DNA from: Octopus vulgaris
Lineage: Eukaryota
Assembly: GCA_951406725.2 (NCBI GenBank)
Contig: OX597817.1
Span: 29,202,001 to 29,266,000, forward strand
Reading direction: 5' to 3'
Length of the DNA stretch: 64,000 nt
A program made the translations under genes and the position numbers. Position 1 is the first letter of the stretch. Each line of letters starts with the position of its first letter. Of the stretch, positions 40,009 through 53,900 are shown piece after piece. The notes under the pieces were generated by a model. It did not search any database and was not told where the DNA came from. It saw only the letters and a program-made list of their open reading frames with translations.

Positions 40009-40269
40009 GTAGTTCTTTATTGGAATATCTCATAGCACACACATAAATGGTTTTACAACCCAGTGTTTACATAGCATGTAATTATTGTGTTGTAAAACCA
40101 TTTTGGATAGAAGTAAAAAAAAAAAAAATACATGCTATTATTTATAGCTCTATGTGTATATTATGTGATATACCTGAAAGAAATTAGTCCACATTCTCTT
40201 GAAAGTTAAAAAAATTTTTGAAGATATAAAAAATATACATTTAAATGTGTGTGTGTGTGTGTGTGTGTT

Positions 40270-40345
<76 letters not shown>

Positions 40346-40559
40346 AGTTATTAGTAATGGTTTAGTAATCTGGCAAAATACTTCTAAAGCTCTGCTGAAA
40401 CATACACACTAGACTAACAAAAGGTCTAAGTTGAAGTCTATCTCCAATCAACTTTATAAATTCATGGTGTCATTTCCAAGTTAATATGGTATTTTTCCCA
40501 GTGTTATATAAAAGGAAAAGGCATAAATAATGGGATTTATATATTTTCTGTGCATTATA

Positions 40560-40679
40560 GACTTACAGCTGTTTCTGATTAGCATTTTGAGTGCAGTCAT
40601 GGCTTAGTTTTCTTAATCGGTGGATTGATCGATTGAAAATCTAGTGAATGACTGTTAGGATGCTATCATTGTTGGAGTC
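40560..40679 (-). ncRNA. Degenerate hammerhead in a Penelope-like pLTR
   Basis: gact-ccaacaa-tgatagca...tgctaatca-GAAACAGCTGTA-agtc; core decayed. Confidence 0.5.
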
Positions 40680-42594
40680 AAGTGCCTAAATGAATGGAGA
40701 TAGGAAGGTAGTAGGGATGAAAGAAGAAAATAAAAGGGAAAGGGAGAGGATGAAATTTGTTCATCGTATCTATATGGAACTAATTTGTCTGTTTCTAGCC
40801 ATGCCTCCAGCCTTGTGCTATTGTTGTTCCTTACCATGGTTGAATAATTAGATGGTAAGGGACAATAATACCTTAAGACTATATATATTTGTATATAGAT
40901 ATATATACACACAAATGTATATATATATTGTATAAAAGATTGTGGGTAAGGCCAAAACAATGTGAAGTAAATGCGAGGTAAATCACAAGAAAACAAATTG
41001 ATGAATGTCACCGATGTGTGTTGGCAACATTCGTCAATTTCTTGACAATGGGATCATAACCCCAAAATATTGAATGCAAGATAATTCTACATCAATTCAC
41101 ATATTTGTTTTCTTGTGATTTATCTTGTATTTACTTCACATTGTTTTGGCCTTACCCACGATCTTTTATGCAATATATTCTACACAATGCTTCATAGTAA
41201 TTATTCTGCATGTGTGTGTGTATATATATACATACATATATATATATATATACATACATATATATATATATGTGTGTATATATACATGTACATACATATA
41301 TATATATTTATATATACCTGTGTGTGTATACATCTATCATCATCATCATCATCATCATCATCGTTTAACGTCCGCTTTCCATGCTAGCATGGGTTGGACG
41401 GTTCAACTGGGGTCTGGGAAGCCCGAAGGCTGCACCAGGCCAGTCAGATGTGGCAGTGTTTCTACAGCTGGATGCCCTTCCTAACGCCAATATATAGATA
41501 TATATATCTATATATATATATATATAATTTAAATTAAGCAGAAGATGGAGAAAATATTTGATCAACAAACAAATCGACTACCATTGGTTATCATTTTCTT
41601 AATACAAAACTTTAACACCTATTTCTGCTGCCTATGTCGAGAACGATATTCGTCATATTTTATCGCACATCCGATCTGGTACATGGAGCTTCATCAGAGT
41701 GAAGGCAAATACATAAAGTAAAATAGGAAAGAGGAAAGAACAGGGTCTCTCGATGAGAAAAGAAAGCTTAACAAGTCAGAAGCATACCATTTTGGATTTT
41801 AAAGCTTGAAATCGATGAGCAACTGAATAAACTAGGAAAATAATTGGTGGGGTAATCTTTCTTTAGGGGTACCAGGGTGTATAAATAATAAGAAAATAGA
41901 ATCAGTAATTAAGTATAACTGGATTTGCCAAAAGGTCTAGAAAAAGAATAGTTCTTATGATTTTGTAAATAGTGCTAATTTATACTTATCCAAAAACATA
42001 CCCATAAAGTTGATACATTAGTGTACTTACTGATAGATTTTAAAGACCAACCACCTGTTGTCCGTAATTGAATTGACCAAAGTCCAGCCATGACTATAAT
42101 TGGTCAGTTGAATTTAAAAGCAAGGGAAAGCTTAGACTTTATAGGGGTAGATGTAAATAAAGAAGTAAATAAAATAAAGGTATGGAGAAGTAGCCCCTGT
42201 CATAAGTAGCCCAAGGTCGCTTATGTCAATATAAACCAACCTAACATGTGACAGTAAATAACTAACAGTTAAGGGGAGACTACCGTCATGCGGTGGTAGT
42301 TGCTAGGGCATTTACCTTCTATTTATAATACTAAATCTATCCTCTTAAATAGCCGCCATAGTCCCAAGTGGTGGTTATACTAGACAAACACTAATTGTCT
42401 AAACATTCCTCAATACATTCTGCCTAGTAGACCTATGAGAAAGGAAAAGCACAAAACCCCAAATTAATTAAATGATTATAAGTTAAATCACTTGCTAATT
42501 ACTAATATGGTTACAAATGCTGTGTCCTACTACAGTTTACTAAATCCTACTTCATATATTATTATTATTATTATTATCATCATTATTATTATAT

Positions 42595-43422
42595 CAAATC
42601 AAATCAAAATAGACAAAATAGATGAACATCAATGGAATTTGTATCTTGTGGTACCAGTGCCTGTGGCACACAAGAAATCCATCAGTGCTGTAGTCAGTGC
42701 GGTGGGCACATGACAAACACCATCCGGTCGTGGCCGTTCGCCAGCCTCATCTAGCACCTGTGTCGGTGGCACATAAAAACACCATCCGAAGACCCGGCAA
42801 GACTAGTCAGGCCATAACCCATGGCCCCTACCTGGGACGTAGTCAGTCCACCTGTGCATACCTTCCTTCTTGTGACACTTGTGAAGACCTGTTGAGGCAA
42901 GTGAAAATCAAATCAAAACAAATCAAAATAGATGAACATCAATGGAATTTGTATCTTTGTGGTACCAGTGCCGGTGGCACGTGGCACACAAGAAAACCAT
43001 CCGAACGTGGCCGTAGCCAGTACCGCATCGACTCGCCTCCGTGCTGTGGGCACGTAACAAGCACCATCCAATCGTGGCCGTTTGCCAGCCTCATCTGGCA
43101 CCTGTGTCGGTGGCACATAAAAACACCATCCGAGCGTGGCCGTCTGCCAGCCTCGTCTGGCACCTGTGTCGGTGGCACATAAAAAACACCATCCGAGCGT
43201 GGCCGTTTGCCAGCCTCGTCTGGCACCTGTGTCGGTGGCACATAAAATCACCCACTACACTCTCGGAGTGGTTGGCGTTAGGAAGGGCATCCAGCTGTAG
43301 AAACACTGCCAGATCTGACTGGACTGGTGCAGCTTTCGGGCTCCCCAGACCCCAGTTGAACCGTCCAACCCATGCTAGCATGGAAAGCGGACGTTAAATG
43401 ATGATGATGATGATGATGATGA
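42595..43422 (+). mobile_element. Family D concatemer
   Basis: Same units as 16402-17612; (GAT)n tail. Confidence 0.85.
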
Positions 43423-44184
43423 TTACTAAACTTGTAGTTATATTAATCCTTGCTTGGGTGCAACCATATGGGGCCTACTACAAAATTTCATTTCCATTCA
43501 TACAAAATATTCCTAAGGACAATAATAGCTCATAGGAAAGTGTCTACTGTAGTACCAAGTACACACAAATACAATCTAAAGAGGTGTGCAGTTAATATTA
43601 GGTTGTTAAATTGTTATGTTAGACAGGGGGCTCCTAAATGGGTAAATCTAATGGGGTAAATCTAATGGAAATAGACCAGTATGCTGGCTGAAAATTAGAC
43701 CAAGACTGAAAGGAAGTTAATTAAAACAAGCTGACCCATCATATAGAAAGTTCAGTTAAGTAAAAATAGTTGCAAGTACAACCTTTGTTGAGATGGCAGG
43801 TACAGGCTCTCATGGGGGAGGGGGATTTATTTTGGGGGGTTAAGTACTAATGTCCTCTGTATTCTAAATTAGGTTCATAGTTGAAAAAACAGTCTTTATT
43901 AAAGTGGGTGAGGAGGTTATATCAAGGAAAGATAGATTAATAAATATATTATGTATTTAGATATTATGGGTGGAGGGGAAGAGGAATTTAAACTCGGATA
44001 TGTTGGTGAAAGGATATTACTCCTGGATGAACTATAAGGGGCCTAAGTGTGTAATACTATTAAACTAGATTTAATTTGGAAGTTAATATATGCCTTCATT
44101 TAATATCGAGAACTACTATTTCTGTGGTGAAGAGCTCTGGGTGCTATTTGTGGGGATGGTGCAAAGGGTCTTCATGCTATTTAA

Positions 44185-44815
44185 CTTACTCTTGTGCAGG
44201 CAGGCTATGTTGCTCTCTTCCCTCAAGTTAAGTAATGGGTGTTATGCCGCTAGTATAAAAACTTTTCATTGATGCAAAGATAGCATTTCTTATTTTTTGC
44301 ATTGTACGAAGGTGCTGAGGCAAGGACTTTCTATTCTAAAAGGAATCTAGTATCTTTAACTTTAAATTCCCAAATAAATTTACTTAATCCGGTTGAGTTA
44401 ATCTTATTTCTATTTCTGAAAGAGTGTTAGTGTGTGGCTAGTCTTTATTTCATTTCATTTTGGTTAGCTCCTCTGTATATCTTTTTACTAAACTTGTGTT
44501 GTGACAGTGCACTGGTAAATTACATCTTTACTTTTACAGGTATTTTAGAGGGCACAGTCATCTTTATTCCTACAGTCACATAGGTGGGGAGAGAATTACT
44601 TGCTAGTGGGTTGGTGCTAGGTCTATTAAGGTTGATAGGGTTATTATGGTTCTGATTGTTATCGTTACTAAATTTGGGGTGGTTATTATTTTTGTTCTTA
44701 CTATTACTGCTCTTGTTATTATTGTTACTTCTACTTAAAAAGAAAATTATCTAGTTTTTTTATTATTTATGGAGGAAATGATGCTGGCTATGTTATGCAT
44801 GATACTATAACCTAT
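44185..44815 (-). pseudogene. Penelope-like GIY-YIG endonuclease, disrupted
   Basis: IGYSIMHNIASIISS; CDCRNKDDCAL*NTCKSKDVIYQCTV; KIYRG..RLATH*HSF..STGLSKFIWE; CYLCINEK; LLNLREE..CLHKSK, matching the PLE linker/EN pattern CxC-C-C...CxLC. Confidence 0.85.
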
Positions 44816-45109
44816 TACTAGCTGCTTCAGTAAATATTAAATTTATATTTATATGAACTGAGCATAATATCTTCAGAAGAAAAAATATACCCTTGTATGT
44901 TGTATAGTCTGCAATAATGATTCCATTAACACACATAAAATATTCAAAGATATATCTTTTTCCTCTGAATGTATTATGCTCAGGCCATAAAAGTATAAAT
45001 TTAATATTTACTGAGTATCAATTGAAACAACTGTAAGTGAAGATAATTAATTTGCTGTTAATCATAATCAATTATTAACTTCCCAATCTCCATTGTCTTT
45101 AATACACTG

Positions 45110-45637
45110 TTGGAACACAGACAAGTGAACGAACTAGAGGATTTCTTTGCCACCTCACCTATAACCAGCAAGGCAGTTATGACGGCTTACATTGACATTA
45201 GTGAAGAAGATATATTACTAGCCATAGATGAGGTGGATGCAAACACAATTGCTGGTCCTGATGGTTTCCCAGCAATCCTCTTCAAATTGTGAAAGTGTGC
45301 CCTGATGAAAGCACTACAGATTTTCTTCTAGAGCTTTCTTGCAAATGGTAGGCTGCCAAGCAAACTGAAGGAGGGAATAATATGCCTAATCCATAAAGGA
45401 GGAAGCAGAGCAGATGCCAAAAACTATAGGCCTATCTCTCTGACTTTACACATCAGTAAAGTCATGAACTGGATAATCAGAGGGAAACTAATCACATTTC
45501 TTGAAGAAAACAACCTGCTGAGTGGTACCCAGAAGGCCTTTTGGCCAGGTAGGAGCTGCCTGACCCAGCTCTTACAGCACAATGACTGGGTGTTGAAGCA
45601 GTTACTCAGCAACTCATAGGTGGATGTAATATATTTA
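45110..45637 (+). pseudogene. CR1-group LINE reverse transcriptase fragment
   Basis: AGPDGFPAILFK, IHKGGSRADAKNYRPISLT, QKAFWPGRSCLTQLL and VDVIYL, with three in-frame stops. Confidence 0.88.
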
Positions 45638-45658
45638 CACCACCAGATATTTTAAGCA

Positions 45659-45689
<31 letters not shown>

Positions 45690-46111
45690 GTATATATGTA
45701 TGTGTATGTATATGTGAATGTATATATGTGTGTGTATATACATATATATATGTGTGTGGGTATATATATATATATATATGTATTATATTTGTTTATGCAT
45801 TTTATATCCATTTTTTAAATGTAAATGTTAGAAGTTAGTACAGCACAATGGAACTAAATGTTATACTTTTTATCCCAGCCTACATTCAGGATGGCATAAC
45901 AGAAATTAGTTGATAAATTCTTGAAGCCAAATGATGTGTTACAAAGGATTAAGATTACCATAATAATGCTACATATTTTTCTTTTCTGTGATGGTGACAA
46001 TGTATTAATTGTTTATGCACAACTTGCAGATCTATGTCCTGTGAAGCAAGATGGTTTGGAAGACAAGACTGTAAAAATAATTTTTGTATAAAAAAAATAG
46101 AACTACTTGAA

Positions 46112-46529
46112 TCTCTCTTTACTCTTTACTTATTTCAGTAATTTGACTGTGGCCATGCTGGAGTACTGCCTTTAGTCGAGCAAATCGATGCCAGGACTTA
46201 TTCTTTGTAAGCCTAGTACTTATTCTATCGGTCTCTTTTGCCGAACTGCTAAGTTACGGGGACGTAAATACACCAGCCTCGGTTGTCAAGCGATGTTGTG
46301 GGGACAAACATACACACACATACATATGTATATATATATATATTTATTTATATATATATATATATATACGACGGGCTTCTTTCAGTTTCCGTCTATCAAA
46401 TCCACTTACAAGGCTTTGGTTGGCCCAAGACTATAGTAGAAGAGACTTGCTCAAGGTGCCATGCTGTGGGACTGGACCCAGAACCATGTGGTTGGTAAGC
46501 TAGCTACTTACCACACAGCCACTCCTACG
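46112..46529 (-). mobile_element. Family A SINE
   Basis: Reverse-complement consensus. Confidence 0.9.
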
Positions 46530-47244
46530 AATGTGAAAATTAATTTAATAAATAACCAATAAGGCTAATACATAGTGTAATCTATCAAAGTGTAAATATC
46601 TGAAAAAAAATAAACAACAAAAACAATTTTGTTTCATAAATACGAAAATTATATAATGAATCATCGCCATAAATATTTCTATTGAAAGAAAACGTTATTA
46701 AAAATATTAAACAGAAGTGTTTATATTCTTCATTATATGTTTTTCATATCCTGTCCTTACTGGTTGACTTTCCACAGTTTCAATTAACACCAGGTTACAA
46801 TTTTACTGCCTGTACTGGTTCAGTTCAAAGGTCAGTTTCAAATTTGAGAGCATATGAACTTTTCAGACTGCAACAGATTAAAAACATTTTCTACATATAA
46901 AATCACTGTATGACTGTATCAACCAGACTGTTAGATGTTCTTATTCACCACTGGCCAGAATGCATTACATCTCTTTGTTGTAGCTTTTGAATGATGACAC
47001 TGCTTTCGCTAGGATAGCAGGCAAACATTATTCCTGAATGGAACATCAGTTCATCATTGAAATAACATGAAATGAAGTATTTTGCTCAAGAATACAATGT
47101 ACTGCCAGTCTGGGGATTGAAACTACAATCTTTTGATCATGAGTACAACACCCCTAGCCACTAGGCCATGTGCCTTCGCATACATCAAAATACTTGCAAA
47201 AAATAAACCCAAAATATATGCAATATTATACACAGAGTAAGGTT

Positions 47245-47452
47245 GCAAGTTGGCAGAAACATCAGCACACTGGGCAAAATGCTTAGTGGTATTTCATCTG
47301 TCTTTACGTTCTGAGTTCAAATTCTGCCAACGTCGACTTTGCCTTTCATCCTTTCAGGGTTGATAAATTAGGTACCAGTTGCGTACTGGAGTAGATATAA
47401 TCGACTGGCCCCTACCCTAAAATTTTGGGCCTTGTGCCTATAGTAGAAAAGA
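47245..47452 (+). mobile_element. Family B-type SINE with alternative 3' end
   Basis: Family B head and body, then aattttgggccttgtgcctatagtagaaaag. Confidence 0.75.
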
Positions 47453-47525
47453 ATATTATAGACATGGTATTTTTCGAGAACTTTATTGTTCAAAATTGTG
47501 CACATTAGAAATGAGTTATGAAGGC

Positions 47526-47566
<41 letters not shown>

Positions 47567-47819
47567 TTTTATTTGTTTCGGTCATTTAACTGCAGCCATG
47601 TTGTAGTATTGCCTTTTTTTAGTCAAACAAATCGACCCCAAGACTTATTCTTTGTAAGCCTAGTACTTATTTTATCAGTCTCTTTTGCCAAACTGCTAGG
47701 GACATAAACATGCCAACATCAGTTGTCGAGTGATGGTGTTGAGGTGCAAACACACATACGCGCAAGTACGTACATATCATTGCTATTATGCAAGAGTGTT
47801 GTAAGTCTAAAATGCTGCT

Positions 47820-48320
47820 TTTTCATAAAGAAGTGCCAATCTCTCAAAGTAGATAGAACATACGGAAGTGGGAGGCCCAAGAAAACATCGGATGAGGTAC
47901 TAAAGAATGACCTTGGAAGCTGAAACCTCAAATGAGATGACAAAGGACTGAGGTACCTGGTGCCTGGCCATACTCAAGAAGAACCATACTCTCCAGGAGA
48001 AGTGTTAAGACCGATCCTTCTGGTGGTGTAAATCCCATGTGGCAGTACCACATAAAAGCACCACTGTGGTGCCACATAAAGGCAACCATTTTGTGACATG
48101 TAAAGGTACCCATGTGGAAAAACTTAAAAGTGCCTGTGAGGTGCCATGTAAAAGCATCCAACACACACTGTAAAGTGGTTGGCATTAAGAAGGACATCCA
48201 GCTATAGAAACCATGCCAAATCAGACTAGAGTCAGGTGCTACTTCCCAACTTGCCAGCTCAGGTCACACCATCAAACCCATGCCAGCATGGACAACAGAC
48301 GTTAAATGATGATGATGATG
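47820..48320 (+). mobile_element. RTE LINE ORF end running into the family D tail
   Basis: IKKCQSLKVDRTYGSGRPKKTSDEVLKNDL, then subrepeats, family D core and (GAT)n. Confidence 0.75.
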
Positions 48321-48836
48321 AGATATATATATAATATTATTGTTCTTTCTTATGAGATATATTGAACTGCTAAAAAGAAATTACTTATTTGACTTACTTG
48401 AGGACAATGTTTAAGTATTCTCAAATGCAAACAAACTTACTTTAAAAGATGCATAGTTCATGTGCTTAGAAATTTATCCTTTAAAATTTAGCTAATATTG
48501 AACATTAAAATACTACTAAAACATCAAACCCATTCGAAATGAAATCCACACTTACCTATCACACATACTATAATACATGTATATTCACATTTACACCTGT
48601 AATGTCAACATGATGGAGGTGGCAAAAACACGGCCATAACCCTTCATGGGTAGTGCAATATACAAAAAACTACATGATGATGATGATGATATATGTATAA
48701 TACAATAAAGTGCTATTAATGAGGGATTATCAATCTGGGCAAAATACTTTATAAGCTTAAAGATTTATACTGTGATATTTGAAGAATAAAAGAATATGTA
48801 AAGACCATTATTTATACCTTTTCTTTTATATATATA

Positions 48837-49202
48837 CTAGCAGTATCGCCCGGCGTTGCTCGGGTTTGTAAGGGAAATAACTATAAAGCATTTTTAGAGA
48901 GTTATAGCCAAAAAATAGCAAAAAGATGGAAAAAAAAATGATGGTAAATTTTTTTGAGAGTTAAAAAGGTCGAGTTGCGTCCCCCTAGTTTGTGTTTCTG
49001 ATTCTCGACCCCATGTCGAATTTATCGATTTTTTTCAGAACTGGGGGAACTTTTCAAAATTTTCGCTGCGTTAGTTTTGAATTATGACATTGGGCTATGT
49101 GTGTGTCAAGTTTCATCAGAATCGGTTGAAAGCAGTGGTCAGGGTGAGGGTACAACCTAACAGACACGCAGACAGACAAACTGCCGTTTATATAGAGAGA
49201 GA
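48837..49202 (-). mobile_element. Non-autonomous Helitron
   Basis: Minus strand starts TCTCTCTATATAAA and ends cccgagcaacgccgggcgatactgCTAG|t. Confidence 0.85.
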
Positions 49203-49896
49203 TATATATATCGAGAGAAAGAGAGAGAGAAGTATGCATATAGGTGCAAACATGTCTTGTGTTATTCAAAGGGTTGCTTCCCCGCTGGGTGGTTTTGATT
49301 TCAATCCTCAGCATGGCACATTGGGGAACCAAAGATTTGGTATAGAATTGGAAGATGGAGCATGAAAGAAACCTATTATATATATGTATATATAAGAATG
49401 TGGTGTTCATGTACACACAAGCACACACACACATGCATATATATATATGCGTATATATGTGTGTGCATGAGTGTGTATTTATATATATGCACATAGGTAT
49501 GTAAAGTTAAAAATCAAATACTCCTACCTATATATTCATATGGAAACATGCCAGACTATATTTCTGTTCTTCTCTATCTTAATGGTTAAGAATTGTATTA
49601 AAAATAGTTACTTGAACAAATATATCTATTTCATCTCATTTTCTTTTCACTTACTTATTGAATATTGAATTTGGTATTTGTAAATGTTATTTTCAAATGT
49701 TACATATTTCACAGAAAATTCACTTTATCTCTAAAATAATTTTTTTTTCAAAATTCACTGTTCATATTATCTCAAATTCTAATGGTGTAGCTTATATATA
49801 CATATATATATATATACACACACAAACATACATATGCACACACATATATATATACGTATGTGTGTATGATATATATGTATCTATATGTATACATTC

Positions 49897-49946
<50 letters not shown>

Positions 49947-49958
49947 AACATGCATATG

Positions 49959-49992
<34 letters not shown>

Positions 49993-50098
49993 CATATGTG
50001 TGTATGATATATATGTATCTATATGTATACATTCATAATATATATATATATACACAAACATATTCATATTGATATGTGTATAAATACATAATGTATAT

Positions 50099-50141
<43 letters not shown>

Positions 50142-50639
50142 TTGGGTGTGTGTATATATATATATATATATTTAATATCATACTATTTTATAATATATTA
50201 TATTATATACATTTAATAACATAGATTTATTAATTTGGTTTTAAGTTTGGTTTTATTTCATCATTATAGTATTGCAAACAAAAATTTGAAGTTAAATAAT
50301 ATACAATAAACTTGAATAATTAAGAAAAAAAAACTCCTTATCCAAATGGTGTTAAATTATAATATAAATGCTTTCTTGTTCTGTATTTGTCTGTTCTTAT
50401 ACAGAAGTAAAAAAACAATCAAAACCATTTATTTTTATTTCCACAACAAATTCTTTTGTAACATATATTAATAATAATAATGAGTTTTAACATTACCGAT
50501 TGTGAATATACTAGAGCTAAAGAAATTGCTTAATATGATTAAACTCTCTTTCTGACATGCATATGCAGTAATACATGTGGCCACACAGTTAGCAGCAAAA
50601 AGTCAAGGATAGAGAAAACAGAGGAAAGTGAATATACCT

Positions 50640-51245
50640 ATCAGTGGTAAGAAGTATTTTTCACAACCACATTGTTCCAAGTTCAGTCCCACTGCATGGC
50701 ACCTAGGGCAAGTGTCTTCTATTATAGCATAAGGTTGACCAAAAACTTTTGACTAGATTTGATAGGCAGAAACGTTAGCATGCCGGGTGAAATGCTTAGC
50801 ATTATTTTGTCTGCCATTATGTTCTGAGTTCAAATTCCACCGAGGTTGACTGTGCCTTCCATCCTTTCGGGTTTTGATAAATTAAGTACCAGTTAGGCAT
50901 TGGGGTCGATGTAATTGACTTAATCCCTTTATCTATCCTTGTTTGTCCCCTTCTATGTTTAACCCCTTGTGGGCAATAAAGAAATAAGAAACTGAAAGTA
51001 GCCTGTCATTTATATGTGTATATTTATATTAATGTGAGTTTGTTTCCCACCACAGCTGCTTGACGACTGACGTTGGTTTGTTTACATCCCCTTAACCTAG
51101 TGGTTTAGTAAAAGAGAGTCATTAGTGCATGACTTAAAAATGTAAGTACAGGGATTGATTTGTTTGACTAAAAAGGCCTTCAAGAGAGTGCCCCAGCATG
51201 GCTACAATCCAGTGACTGAAACAAATCAAAGAATAAAAGAAGATA
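50640..51245 (+). mobile_element. Old family A SINE with nested family B SINE (50765-50990)
   Basis: Family A body resumes at agaaactgaaag after the family B aaagaaata end. Confidence 0.75.
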
Positions 51246-51312
51246 TCATCATCATTTAATGTCTGTCTCCCATGCTGGTAGGTAGGTAGGTATAGATAGA
51301 TAAATAGGTAGG

Positions 51313-51375
<63 letters not shown>

Positions 51376-51831
51376 GGAGAGAGAGAGAGAGGGGTAGTGA
51401 GAGAAAGAGAGAAGGGGGTTATGGAGTCAGCAAGTGGATGAAGAAATAGAGATTGAGTGGGAAACTGTCTTCTTTCTTGTACATTACATCTGACTCCACC
51501 TGAGTTCAGTTTTCCTCTTTGCATATTTATGAGCTGTCATTCATGTGCACTATTACATATTCAGCAGAAAAAAAAAACATGTTTAATTTCTGTCTAGTAT
51601 TTGTAGATTCTCTGCTTTGAAAGCCCACATCTCACTGTTATTCAGTATTGTTCTCCATACACAAGCAGTCCTTCCTTCTAAGAAAGTAACCCTTTGTTAC
51701 CAGAAGATTTAATGACTCACTAAGCTTTTCCCAATTCATTCTTACCTTGGTTACTCTATGTTCAGAAGATCCCATCCCACTGCTAATTAGATCAAAAGCA
51801 ATCACCTACTACCAGAGATCCACTCTAGCAT

Positions 51832-52286
51832 TTAACCCTTTCGTTATTGTATTTATTTTGAGATACTCTGTGTTTTTTAAAATTACTTTAACCCTTTCAT
51901 TACCAACCTGGCTGAAACCGGCTGTGGCTCTGTAGTACAAATGTCTTGTTTTCATAAGTTTTGAATTAAAATCTTCCACCAAACCTTAGTCACAATTTAT
52001 GTTCCCAACACTAGTTTAATGATAACAAAGTTATTTTACTAAATTCTTTGTTATATTTAAAATAATTGAAAGAAACGCAGAGCATCTCAAGATAAATACG
52101 GTAATGAAAGGGTTAAATATAACAAAGAATTTAATAAAATAACTTAGTTATCATTCAGCTAGTGCTAGGAACATAAATTGTGACTAAGGTTTGGTGGAAG
52201 ATTTTAATTCAAAACTTATGAAAACAAGACAATTTGTACTACAGGGCCAGAACCTGTTTCAGCCGGGTTGGTAACGAAAGGGTTAA
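51832..52286. mobile_element. piggyBac-like (TTAA/CCC) MITE inserted into an inverted copy of itself
   Basis: TTAA at 51832, 51888, 52113 and 52283; ccctttcrtta / taaygaaaggg termini. Confidence 0.88.
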
Positions 52287-53900
52287 AAACGTCTATTCTG
52301 TTTGTGCATTTAGTGCTTTTTGCCACCATGCACCTGCCACCTGTGAAATATACCTTCTCTATTCACCTATTTGTGATTACACTACAGTTCTTGAATGTCT
52401 ATCGTTTACCTTGATTTTACTGCATTGTCTTTCTACCATCTCCTTTTCTACATATCATCAATTAGGGGTCATTTCACTGATAGTAGCTATGTACTGTCTT
52501 CTTTCCTAATACTTTAGAATTTGCTTAGTTTTCTTTCAAGTCACTTGATTCTAGTTTTTACCCCATATCAAGAATTTCTTTAATTATACCACAGGTTCAG
52601 CAATAAGAACCATGTCACCAACTTACAGGAGTTTCCATCAGCAGCCAGTCATAGATTTGAGGACAATAATGAACAAAAGAAAGGGGCCAATAAATCTCTA
52701 CTTGAACCCTAATAAACCTCTACCTGAATGACAAATTCATGGCTTAACTCATTGCTGACTCTCATCTCACTGACTGGATTAATGTGAGCTTGTTTCCCAC
52801 CATTGCAGCTTGACGACTGATATTGGTTTGTTTACATCCCCATAACCTAGTGGTTTAGTAAAAGAGATTCATAAGATTAGTGCATGACTTAAAAATGTAA
52901 GAACAGGGATTGATTTGTTTGACTAGAAAAGCCTTCAAGAGAATGCCCCAGCATGGCCACAATCCAGTGACTGAAACAAATCAAAGAATAAAAGGATAAA
53001 AGAAGATATAACATATCATCAACATCATCATCATCATTTAATGTCTGTCTCCCATGCTGGCATGAGTTAGATGGTTTGACAGAATCCAATGAGCTTATCA
53101 TATTATTATTAATGGGCATGGCTGTGTGGTTAGGGAGCTTGCTTCTTAGCTACATGGTTTTGGATTCAGTCCCACTGCGTGGCACTTTGGGTAGGTGTCG
53201 TCCACTATAGCCCTGAGCCGACCGGAGCTTTGTGATTGAATTCGGTAGGTGGAAGTTACTGCCGTGTGTGTATGTGTGCGTATAGCTGCTCAGTGCCTCT
53301 CCGAAAGAGAGAGAGAGGGATGTTAGAAAATAATTTGTTGTGGAAATAAAAATAAATGGTTTTGATTGTTTTTTTTACTTCTGTATAAGAACAGACAAAT
53401 ACAGAACAAGAAAGCATTTATATCATAATTTAACACCACTTGGATAAGGGCTTTTTTTTCTTAATTATTCACTGCACGACTTGTGCAATGTTTACAAACC
53501 ATTCAGCTAACTTGAGCGTCCTTAGTGACCACCTAATTGCAAAGCATGGAACCCTACCAAAGTCTTTTTGTAGGTTGACAAATTGGGGTTAATTCTTAAT
53601 TAAGTACTCATTCTAATACATATTAATATATATGTAGTGTATGTGCTTACATTTATAGTGGTCAAAACAAAACTAGTTTTGCATTTCATGTTGCACTTCT
53701 TAGTGGCTTGACAAGTAGAGGTCAATTGAATAAGTACCAATTACTGACAATAATATAATTGGCTAAAACCCCTTGAAAGTATTACTTCAGTAAGCCTGGA
53801 GTTCAGTGAAAGAAGCCTTTACATGCTTAGTAAACTGGAACAAGCTTCAGCCTAATGACCATGTAGGCTCAAGACAGATTAACTTTATGTGTGTAGAGCT

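Larger units (their letters stand above)
41540..44880 (-). mobile_element. Penelope-like element remnant (GIY-YIG region plus 3' pLTR with hammerhead-like motif at 41609-41701), interrupted by family D
   Basis: GIY-YIG pseudo-ORF at 44185-44815; CTGATGA on the minus strand at 41691-97; continuity of the intervening sequence is inferred. Confidence 0.6.

Noticed and set aside
45302-45315. CTGATGA motifs here and at 5151
   Set aside because: No supporting stems with a properly placed GAAA and NUH; they lie inside coding-like remnants
46762-46869. Exon-like segment on the minus strand (ttgcag acceptor, gtaagg donor)
   Set aside because: All three frames contain stops; cannot be supported without transcript or homology data
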